From the NCBI GenBank assembly GCA_002452615.1, contig DKES01000021.1:1-59692 (forward strand): 59,692 nt of DNA. The letters run 5' to 3'. Shown piece by piece: positions 27,506 through 34,998 of the stretch. A program made the position numbers and the translations under genes. How positions within the stretch are numbered: the stretch's first letter is position 1; every line of letters begins with the position of its first letter. The DNA comes from Patescibacteria group bacterium UBA6816 (lineage in GTDB: Bacteria; Patescibacteriota; Patescibacteriia; UBA2591; UBA6264). Under the pieces are notes generated by a model that saw nothing but the letters and a program-made list of their open reading frames with translations, did no database searches and was not told the origin of the DNA.

Positions 27506-29782
27506 TCATGGTTGATAATGCCAAATCATAACTGAACCAATTCTTTCCGGCTCTCCTAAAAGAAAATTTAATTGGTCAATAATCTCTTCTCTCCGGGCAA
27601 AATAAATCCAAGATTCTTCAGTCATAAAATAACACTCTTTGGCTCCGGTAATAATTAAAGATTTTTTTAAATCCCTTAAAGAAGGATTTTTGTTCATATT
27701 ATCAAATAATTGTACTCTTTCTGGCTGACGATATTCATAATAATAAGGAAATCCACCGGTAATAATTTGGCGGCCAGAAACCCCTTCTAAAGCCAACAAA
27801 GGCCAGGTGTTAGCTAAAACACAAAAAGGACCTGGTTGGTCTTCGAATTTTTCCCAAAGATATTCTGCCGCTTGATATTCATCTGCAGTGACTACTTGAA
27901 ATTTAGGACCAGAAGCATAAACCGTACTAGATAAAAGAGCTAAGAATAAGCCTATCGCTATAATCATGGCTGAAGGAGCAAAAATTCTTTTTGTTTTTAA
28001 AACTAAATTATAAAGCCCCCAGGCCAAAGGAAAAAAGAATAAAAAAGAAACAAACATAACCAAACGTTTACTTAAAAGATTGTTCCCTTCTAAAAAATAA
28101 TAAGAAATTCCCTGATTAAGAAAAACAAGCAAAAGTAAAAGTAAAAACAACCATCCTATTTGAGGATGCTTTAATTTTTTATAAGAAAACAACGCCCCTA
28201 AGCCAATTAACCAAACTAAAGGAGTTAAAATCAAAGCCCAGGGCAAAATATCTATAAAAACTGCCCGAGATAATTTTTGATCCAAAGAGGCATAAAGCCA
28301 ATTGTCTTGCTCCCAACCATAAATCCGCGGAAAAATGGGCTGAGAAAAAATTAATTTCTGGGGAAATTCTTTCAACATTAATTGACTATTAGTTTTAAAA
28401 TCTGTTTCAGTTTTAAGCCAAGAATACTGGTTATAAGTTTCTAAACCTGGAATAAGAATTAATAAAAACACAGAAAAAATAATAATCAAAGGTAAAAAAA
28501 CTTTTTTATTCTTTTTTTGATTTTTAAACAAAAAAGCTAAAGCTAAAATTTCCAAATAAAGAATTAAATAAAGTAAATAATTAAAATACAAAAATAAAGC
28601 CAAAAGAATTAAGGCACCAAACAATTTTAAAGAAGAATTTTTTTGTTTTAAATATTTAATAACAAAAATTAAAGCAAAAACAAAAAGGAGAAAAGAAAAA
28701 CTTACCGGCATAGTAATACTCCCATAAGCTTGCCAGGGATAAAAACAAAAAGGCATTAAAAGTAATAAACAAAGAAATTCTTTTTTTGAGGAAAAAAACA
28801 AACCTATTTTTAAAAGCAAAAGAGGTAAAAAAATAGAAAATAAAAGCCAGCCTAAAATCAAATCCCAATAAAAATTATCTAAACCAGTTAACCAGGATAA
28901 ACCAATCACCAGTCCCCACATATTAGCGTAAGAAGTTTTATTCCCTACCACTAAAACTTGGGGAACTTTTAAAGGGCCTATTTCAACAAATTCTGCTTCG
29001 GGCCCAATTAAACTAGGAGCATAAACTTGTCCCTCCATTAACCATTTTTCCGCCCCTAAATGGCGCCATTTATCTCCTCCAAATCCGGTTTGATAAGGAA
29101 TAATAAGATAAGCGTGTCCCAAAAAAGAAATTAAAATAATTAAAATTAAAAATGTTTTTAGTTTTAAACGAGAAAAAGCCAAAATGGTTAAAATAAAAAT
29201 AAGTGTTCCCCAGGCATAAAGATAAAAGGGATGAATAACTGTCCAAGGGGAACGAATAAATTGACCGGTGCGGGAATAAAAAAGCAGAAAAAAAGAACCA
29301 AAAAATAAAAAAACCCCCAAAACATAAATTATTTTTTTAACTTTTTGAAAATAATCTTGTTCTACTTTTTCTGCTAAACTAATAGCGCGGGGTTCTGATT
29401 TTCTAGTTTTACTTATGATAGAAATAAGTAAAGTTAGAAAAATCAAATAAAAAAATAAATAAGCTGGGGTGACCCGGATAATAATAATTGGAATTGCCAA
29501 ACCAAACGCAATTAAAAATAAAAAACAAAAAAGTCCAAAAATAGTCTGTAATTCTTTTTCCCAACCATAACGATTTAAAATTTTTCCTAACCAAACTGAA
29601 TTAAAAAAGAAAAAAATAAAAAGACAAAGAATATTAAAAAAATAAGACCATCCGCCCAAAGGCAAAGATTCCCCTTTCCTGGCGAAAAAATTTAAATACC
29701 AAAAAATTATAGTTAAAATAGCTATGCCGGTAAAAAAATATTTTTTATTGTCTTTTAATTCTTTAATTATTTTACTCCACAT
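27506..29782 (-). CDS. large polytopic membrane protein (758 aa), possible GT-C-type glycosyltransferase
   Basis: More than 15 hydrophobic helices plus a C-terminal soluble domain. Overlaps the upstream GT4 gene by 11 nt. The function is inferred from architecture and context only. Confidence 0.8.
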   Translation of the reverse strand: MWSKIIKELKDNKKYFFTGIAILTIIFWYLNFFARKGESLPLGGWSYFFNILCLFIFFFFNSVWLGKILNRYGWEKELQTIFGLFCFLFLIAFGLAIPIIIIRVTPAYLFFYLIFLTLLISIISKTRKSEPRAISLAEKVEQDYFQKVKKIIYVLGVFLFFGSFFLLFYSRTGQFIRSPWTVIHPFYLYAWGTLIFILTILAFSRLKLKTFLILIILISFLGHAYLIIPYQTGFGGDKWRHLGAEKWLMEGQVYAPSLIGPEAEFVEIGPLKVPQVLVVGNKTSYANMWGLVIGLSWLTGLDNFYWDLILGWLLFSIFLPLLLLKIGLFFSSKKEFLCLLLLMPFCFYPWQAYGSITMPVSFSFLLFVFALIFVIKYLKQKNSSLKLFGALILLALFLYFNYLLYLILYLEILALAFLFKNQKKNKKVFLPLIIIFSVFLLILIPGLETYNQYSWLKTETDFKTNSQLMLKEFPQKLIFSQPIFPRIYGWEQDNWLYASLDQKLSRAVFIDILPWALILTPLVWLIGLGALFSYKKLKHPQIGWLFLLLLLLVFLNQGISYYFLEGNNLLSKRLVMFVSFLFFFPLAWGLYNLVLKTKRIFAPSAMIIAIGLFLALLSSTVYASGPKFQVVTADEYQAAEYLWEKFEDQPGPFCVLANTWPLLALEGVSGRQIITGGFPYYYEYRQPERVQLFDNMNKNPSLRDLKKSLIITGAKECYFMTEESWIYFARREEIIDQLNFLLGEPERIGSVMIWHYQP

Positions 29783-30908
29783 AAATTTTGACTAAATTTT
29801 TAACTATTTGCGGCCAAAAATACTTTGTTTGAGTTAAATGATAACTTTGTTTTCCCCATTGAGACAATGTTTCTGAATCTTTAAAAGCAATTAAAATCTT
29901 TTCGGCTAAATCTAAAGGGTCATTAATTTTAACAATTAAACCATTCTTTTCTACTAAACTTCTTGGACCAGGTAAATTAGAAACTAAAACCGGCTTAGCA
30001 CAGGCCATAGCCTCTAAGGTTACCAGACCAAAAGCTTCTGAGCGAGTAAAAGAAGGCAGGGCAAAAATATCAGCTAAATTATAATAATCAGGTAAAATTT
30101 CATCTTCTATTCTTTTAGCAAAAATAACTGATTTTTTTAAACCTAACTGATTGGTTAATTTTTCATATTCCGGTCTTAAATCCCCATCGCCAACAATTAA
30201 TAATTTTATTTCTGAAGTAGATTTTTTAACTATTTCCATGGCCCTAATTAAAAGCTTAATTCCTTTAAAGTAATGGGCTCGGTCTAGTCCCCCAACAGAT
30301 AAAACAATTTTATCTTTTAAATTTAAATTATGTTTTTTTAATAAAGATTCTTTTTTCTCTTGAGGAAAAAATCTTTTTTGATTTACCCCAAAAGGACTAA
30401 TTTTAAATTTCTTTTTGTTTTTTTGCTCAAACTTATTAAGTTTAGAATGGACCAAATAATCTTGAGAAGAAACTAAAATTTGGTCCGCTTTTTTTACCAT
30501 CAAAGGTAAAAATAAAAAAGAGTTTAATTTAAAAATTAAACCTCTTACTCCGGGGGCTAAAGGATCCATGTGATATTGGACAATTAATTTTTTCTTTTTT
30601 AATTGAAGACTAAACCATAAAAGAAGAATTTCCGCTCCACCAAAAAAGGGCCAATGTAAATGAATTAAATCAAAATTTTTTAAATCTTTGACTAAACCGG
30701 GAACAAAAGCGGCGTTACCATATTTAAACCAAAAGGGAATGTATTTTATTTTAAACCCATCTCGAGAAACAATTTTATTTTTTTTTCCTGGCACCAAAAC
30801 CACGACTTGATGCCCTAATTGAGTTAATTCTTTAACCTGAGCCAAACAAACATTACCCATACCTCCGGAATAAGGAGGAAAAGTTGAAATTAAGTGAACT
30901 ATTTTCAT
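29772..30908 (-). CDS. glycosyltransferase family 4 (GT-B)
   Basis: N-terminal PPYSGGMGNV and C-terminal EAFGLVTLEAMACAKPVLVS motifs. Confidence 0.9.
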   Translation of the reverse strand: MKIVHLISTFPPYSGGMGNVCLAQVKELTQLGHQVVVLVPGKKNKIVSRDGFKIKYIPFWFKYGNAAFVPGLVKDLKNFDLIHLHWPFFGGAEILLLWFSLQLKKKKLIVQYHMDPLAPGVRGLIFKLNSFLFLPLMVKKADQILVSSQDYLVHSKLNKFEQKNKKKFKISPFGVNQKRFFPQEKKESLLKKHNLNLKDKIVLSVGGLDRAHYFKGIKLLIRAMEIVKKSTSEIKLLIVGDGDLRPEYEKLTNQLGLKKSVIFAKRIEDEILPDYYNLADIFALPSFTRSEAFGLVTLEAMACAKPVLVSNLPGPRSLVEKNGLIVKINDPLDLAEKILIAFKDSETLSQWGKQSYHLTQTKYFWPQIVKNLVKIYVE

Positions 30909-31139
30909 CCCGTTAAAAGCAGATTGCGATTAAACTCAATCTACTGAAATTAATGTTAATTAAATTATAGACCTTTTTATTCTTTATTCCCCGCTAAAGG
31001 CAATCGCAGCTTCTAACGGGATTCATATCTTTCATTATATTTATTTTAAGCGAAAAAACAAGGTTATTTATAAATTATTTAGGGTTGTTTTTAATTTAAT
31101 TCTATTTATAATAAAAATATAAATAATTTAATCAAAATT

Positions 31140-31586
31140 ATGTCAAATTGCATCTTTTGTAAAATTATTAAAGGAGAAATTCCAAGCGCTAAAATCTGGG
31201 AAAATAAAGATTTTATAGCTATTTTAGACGCTTTTCCCAATACTAAGGGGATGACCCTGGTAATGCCTAAAAAACATTATCCCTCTGATGCCTTTGAGAT
31301 GCCTAATTCTGTTTATCAAAAATTTATGCAAGCCGGAAAAGAAGTGGCCCTGCTTTTAAACAAAAAATTAAAGGTTCAAAGAACAGCTTTGGTAATGGAG
31401 GGAATGGGTATAGACCACGTTCACCTCAAACTTTATCCTTTACACGGCTTGGAAAAAAAATTCAAGAAAATGGAAGTTAAAACTAACATCTTTTTTAAAA
31501 ATTATCCTGGTTATACTACTACTAAAATGGGCCCGGCCGCCGACCCTAAAGAATTAGAAAAATTAGCCCAAAAAATAAGAGAATAA
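31140..31586 (+). CDS. HIT-family nucleotide hydrolase/transferase
   Basis: CIFCKII start and the histidine triad DHVHLKLYP. Confidence 0.9.
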   Translation: MSNCIFCKIIKGEIPSAKIWENKDFIAILDAFPNTKGMTLVMPKKHYPSDAFEMPNSVYQKFMQAGKEVALLLNKKLKVQRTALVMEGMGIDHVHLKLYPLHGLEKKFKKMEVKTNIFFKNYPGYTTTKMGPAADPKELEKLAQKIRE

Positions 31587-31602
31587 GAGAATAAAAAAGT
31601 TT

Positions 31603-31635
31603 AATCTCTTTACAAGTCTAACCTGTAAAGAGATT
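31603..31635. terminator. hairpin between convergent genes
   Basis: 12-bp perfect stem aatctctttaca/tgtaaagagatt. A T-run follows on the minus strand (aaactttttt). Confidence 0.6.
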
Positions 31636-31660
31636 ATTAGAAAAAATTTGGTGTGGGGAT

Positions 31661-32743
31661 TTACCAAAAAATAATTTTACGAATTATTTTCCAATAAGTT
31701 CCTAAAATTGGATTAACTATTTTTTTAATCAAAGAATTGTTAAACCCGGTAAAATTAAAATAAGGTTCTAAATAATAACTTAAATCTTTGTCAGTTATTT
31801 TTCTTGTTTTTTGAATTCTTTTTCGCTTAATTAGAGTTTTGGGAATTTGTCCTAAACAAGTAAAATAACTTTTTATTTTTAAATGCCCCCAGCCAGTGAT
31901 TAAGCTAAACCCTAAAATTCCTATTTCCATAAATAATGCCGCTGGCAAAATTAAAATTAAGGTTGGCCATTTATAAAATTTTATCAAAGTTAATAATCTA
32001 TTTCTTTCTGACCAATACCAGCGATGACGAGGAATCCCCTCTTTATATTTATGATAAAGTTGAGCTTCAGGAAGTAATTTTATTTTATAATTCTGAAATC
32101 TGGCCCGTAAACACAAATCTAAATCTTCATGATAAAGAAACAAATCTTGGTCTAAAAAGCCAATTTTTTTTAAAAGAGAAGATTTTATAAAAAGAGCCGC
32201 TCCAGAACCATAAGTTAAATCTTTGTTTAGCTTGGCAATATTTTCTGGCGAAGCTATTTTTTTATAATCGGCGCAAAAACCAAAACCTAAATAATGAATT
32301 TTATCTCCACTGGTTTGAATCTGTTCTTTTTTTTCTTGATTTGTTGATTGCGGAGACCAACATAAAATCAAAGGTTGAAGAGCAAAAACATTTTCTTTTT
32401 CTTTAGAAAAACCTTGCCAAAGTTTTTCTAAACAATCTGATTTTAAAACCGTGTCTTGATTTAAAAGAAAAATGTAATCTGCCTTTTCCTCAAAAGCTAA
32501 TTCTATTCCCTGATTATTAGCTCCGGCAAATCCCCGATTTTTTGAATTAACAATCAAATCGACTGAAGGGTAATTTTCTTTTAAATATTCAACTGAATTA
32601 TCTTGAGAAGCATTATCCACAACAATAATCTTCTCTGGAGATAAGGTTTGTTTTTTTAAACTATTAAAACAGTCAGGTAAATATTCCTGACCGTTATAAG
32701 AAACAATAATTACGGCAATTTTAGGCAAATGATTTTCTTTCAT
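31661..32743 (-). CDS. glycosyltransferase family 2
   Basis: IAVIIVSYNG, VVDNASQD and the LNQD (DxD-like) region. C-terminal TM segments. Confidence 0.9.
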   Translation of the reverse strand: MKENHLPKIAVIIVSYNGQEYLPDCFNSLKKQTLSPEKIIVVDNASQDNSVEYLKENYPSVDLIVNSKNRGFAGANNQGIELAFEEKADYIFLLNQDTVLKSDCLEKLWQGFSKEKENVFALQPLILCWSPQSTNQEKKEQIQTSGDKIHYLGFGFCADYKKIASPENIAKLNKDLTYGSGAALFIKSSLLKKIGFLDQDLFLYHEDLDLCLRARFQNYKIKLLPEAQLYHKYKEGIPRHRWYWSERNRLLTLIKFYKWPTLILILPAALFMEIGILGFSLITGWGHLKIKSYFTCLGQIPKTLIKRKRIQKTRKITDKDLSYYLEPYFNFTGFNNSLIKKIVNPILGTYWKIIRKIIFW

Positions 32744-32746
32744 AAA

Positions 32747-33319
32747 TTATTTAATAATTTCCCCTAAGGCTGTTTTTTTTATTCCGGCCGCATTTCCTTC
32801 ATCTGTATCAATATGAAAAGCGGGTTCAAAATTACTATCTACTCGCACCACTACTTGATGAAAAACTAAACTCCTTTTTTCTGAATCAATCTTAACAGAA
32901 ACTAAATCTTTATTCTTAAGATTGTTCTTTTTCGCAGTAAATAAATCTAAATGAAGATGTCGCTGAGCAACAATAACCCCAGCTGATAAATTAACTTCTC
33001 CTTGAGGACCGATTAAAACGCATTTTTCTGAATCAGCTAAATCTCCTGATTCTCTAATCGGCGGATTTAATCCTAAAAAATAAGCATCAGTTTGGGAAAT
33101 TTCTACCTGGGTCTGTTCGCGCCAAGGACCAATTATACGTACCTCTTTTAATATATTTTTAGAAGTTTTTAAATCAACTTTTTGTTCGGCACTAAATTCT
33201 CCGGGTTGAGAAAGGTCTTTTATTTTTTTTAATTCTTTACCCGAACCAAAAAGTTTTTCTCCGTCTTGCTTTGATAAATGAACGTGCCGAGCAGAAACTT
33301 CAGTTAAAATTTTATCCAT
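32747..33319 (-). CDS. pduL: phosphate acyltransferase PduL-type
   Basis: Duplicated PduL pattern with VSARHVHLS and AQRHLHLD, plus HIDTDEGNAAG. Confidence 0.85.
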   Translation of the reverse strand: MDKILTEVSARHVHLSKQDGEKLFGSGKELKKIKDLSQPGEFSAEQKVDLKTSKNILKEVRIIGPWREQTQVEISQTDAYFLGLNPPIRESGDLADSEKCVLIGPQGEVNLSAGVIVAQRHLHLDLFTAKKNNLKNKDLVSVKIDSEKRSLVFHQVVVRVDSNFEPAFHIDTDEGNAAGIKKTALGEIIK

Positions 33320-33320
33320 G

Positions 33321-34307
33321 TTATTTTTTAATTACTTGACTAATTTGTTTTTTATTTAAAAAACCTTTTTGAGCTCCAATTTGACTAATTACTGAAGCAC
33401 TATTAAAGACTCCCCACTTTAAAGCTTTTTTAATGTCTTCGGGATGATAAAACAGACTAGAAACAAATCCCGAGGAAAAAGAATCTCCTGCTCCAGTAGT
33501 ATTAATTACTTTGGCTGGCGCGGGTCCTTGATAATAAAATTTATTCGCGTAAGCCTGCGCTCCTTTTTTTCCACAAGTAATCACTACTATTTGTGGGCCC
33601 ATGAAAGAAAGCTCTTTTAAAAGATTTTTTACTTTTAAGTCTTTAACTTTTTTTCTTGATAAAACTAATTCCCTAGCCTCGTCTTCGTTAAGAATTAAGA
33701 CGGATGTTTTTTTTAAATATTTATTTATTTTTTTAAAACCAGCTTTTAATTGAACATTAGAAGGATTCCAGGCTATTTTTGTTTGGGAATCAGTTAAAGA
33801 AAAAACATGATTTAAAAAATCTTCCCAAGCCGGCAAACTCAAAGAAGAAAGATAAAGCCAGGGCAAACCCTTTAAATCTTGTTTTTTTATTTTAAAACTA
33901 AGGGCATCATTAGCGCCCCGATAAGCTAAAATAACATGAGCCCTTTTTACTTTTTTTAACCCCAAAATAAAAGAAAATCCAGTACTATTTTTTTTATCTA
34001 TTTGAATTAATTTAGTACCAATTCGGTTTTGTTTTAGTTTTTTTAATAATTGTTGTCCTTCTCGGTCCTCTCCTATTCTTCCCATCATTATTGATTTTAA
34101 GCCTAATTTTGAAAAACCAACGGCAGTATTACAAGCTCCTCCCCCAGGTTCAAAATAAACTTTATCTACATAAACTTTGGCTCCTAATTCAAAACCAATT
34201 AACTTGGTTTGTAAGGGATTTTCCGGAGTATCAATAACTTGTCCTTCTTTGGTTAAAAAAATAATATCGCGCATTACTCCGCCAATAGTTAAAATGTCAT
34301 AATTCAT
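33321..34307 (-). CDS. PfkB-family carbohydrate kinase
   Basis: The ribokinase-like N-terminal region and the TGAGDSFSSGF anion-hole motif. Confidence 0.88.
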   Translation of the reverse strand: MNYDILTIGGVMRDIIFLTKEGQVIDTPENPLQTKLIGFELGAKVYVDKVYFEPGGGACNTAVGFSKLGLKSIMMGRIGEDREGQQLLKKLKQNRIGTKLIQIDKKNSTGFSFILGLKKVKRAHVILAYRGANDALSFKIKKQDLKGLPWLYLSSLSLPAWEDFLNHVFSLTDSQTKIAWNPSNVQLKAGFKKINKYLKKTSVLILNEDEARELVLSRKKVKDLKVKNLLKELSFMGPQIVVITCGKKGAQAYANKFYYQGPAPAKVINTTGAGDSFSSGFVSSLFYHPEDIKKALKWGVFNSASVISQIGAQKGFLNKKQISQVIKK

Positions 34308-34451
34308 ATTTTCTATAAATTAAAATAAAATAATAAGCCAATTGTAATAATGGCTAAAAAGATTTGAATTAATTTCAAAAATATATTCCAAAATCTATAT
34401 TTATCTTTTTCAAAATGTTTATTAAAAATTTTCATTTGATAAAATTTAATT

Positions 34452-34483
34452 AAAAGGAGTGGCAGGATTTCACTACTCCTTTT
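34452..34483 (-). terminator. hairpin terminator after the HNH gene
   Basis: The minus strand reads AAAGGAGTAGTG-aaatcctgc-CACTCCTTTT followed by an AT-rich run. Confidence 0.55.
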
Positions 34484-34493
34484 ATTTGTCCAC

Positions 34494-34727
34494 TTATGAA
34501 CTTTTTTGTGACATTGTGCCACGCTTAGTTATTTTCCTGCCACTTTTTATCCTTTTGATTCTCTTCAACAAGGCAATAACCTCTTCTAGGGTTTTGTCTC
34601 CAAATAAAACGTGCCATTGGCGGTGTTTTTCAATATCCATTAAAAGTAAGTTTCTCTTATTTGATTTCCCGCCACGAGATTTTGGAACAAGATGATGATG
34701 GTTGCGTCCTTTTAATTTCTTTCCCAT
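34494..34727 (-). CDS. mini HNH-motif protein (77 aa from ATG 34727; track start GTG 34733)
   Basis: HHHLVPKSRGGKSNKRNLLLMDIEKHRQWHVLF fits the H-H..P.S.GG..N..L..H..H pattern of an HNH nuclease motif. Local G+C is higher than in the surroundings. Confidence 0.7.
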   Translation of the reverse strand: MGKKLKGRNHHHLVPKSRGGKSNKRNLLLMDIEKHRQWHVLFGDKTLEEVIALLKRIKRIKSGRKITKRGTMSQKSS

Positions 34728-34736
34728 AACCACCCC

Positions 34737-34961
34737 TTATGCTTCAGCCATCTCTTCTGCTTCCAGCGCATTTTCATCAATGATATGAACAATGTCTGAA
34801 AGGCTATAAAGCTCTCCCTTTATCTTATAGAGACATTGAGGACAGAGGGCGTCAATAGCAATATAATAATGTTCGTCATCTTCTTTGATGAACCAAACAT
34901 CTGTAATCATGGCCGCTTCTCCGCATTTGGGACAACTAAATAAAGCCTTGGCCCTTTTCAT
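34737..34961 (-). CDS. Zn-ribbon protein (74 aa)
   Basis: CPKC ... CPQC pairs and an acidic tail. Strong GGAGGTGG Shine-Dalgarno upstream. Local G+C is higher than in the surroundings. Confidence 0.7.
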   Translation of the reverse strand: MKRAKALFSCPKCGEAAMITDVWFIKEDDEHYYIAIDALCPQCLYKIKGELYSLSDIVHIIDENALEAEEMAEA

Positions 34962-34998
34962 CTTCCACCTCCTTTTTATTTAAGAACAATAAAAATAT

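Noticed and set aside
27506-27508. Alternative genetic code (UGA recoded), as in some candidate phyla.
   Set aside because: Long ORFs with clear homology end at TGA as well as TAA and TAG, for example the 758-aa gene stop at 27506. No conserved protein is interrupted by an in-frame TGA. The standard bacterial code fits.
34313-34522. Track ORF of 69 aa, or a 40-aa version from ATG 34435.
   Set aside because: The N-terminal part overlaps the HNH gene and its terminator hairpin. The 40-aa remainder has one hydrophobic helix but no RBS. It is too weak to call.
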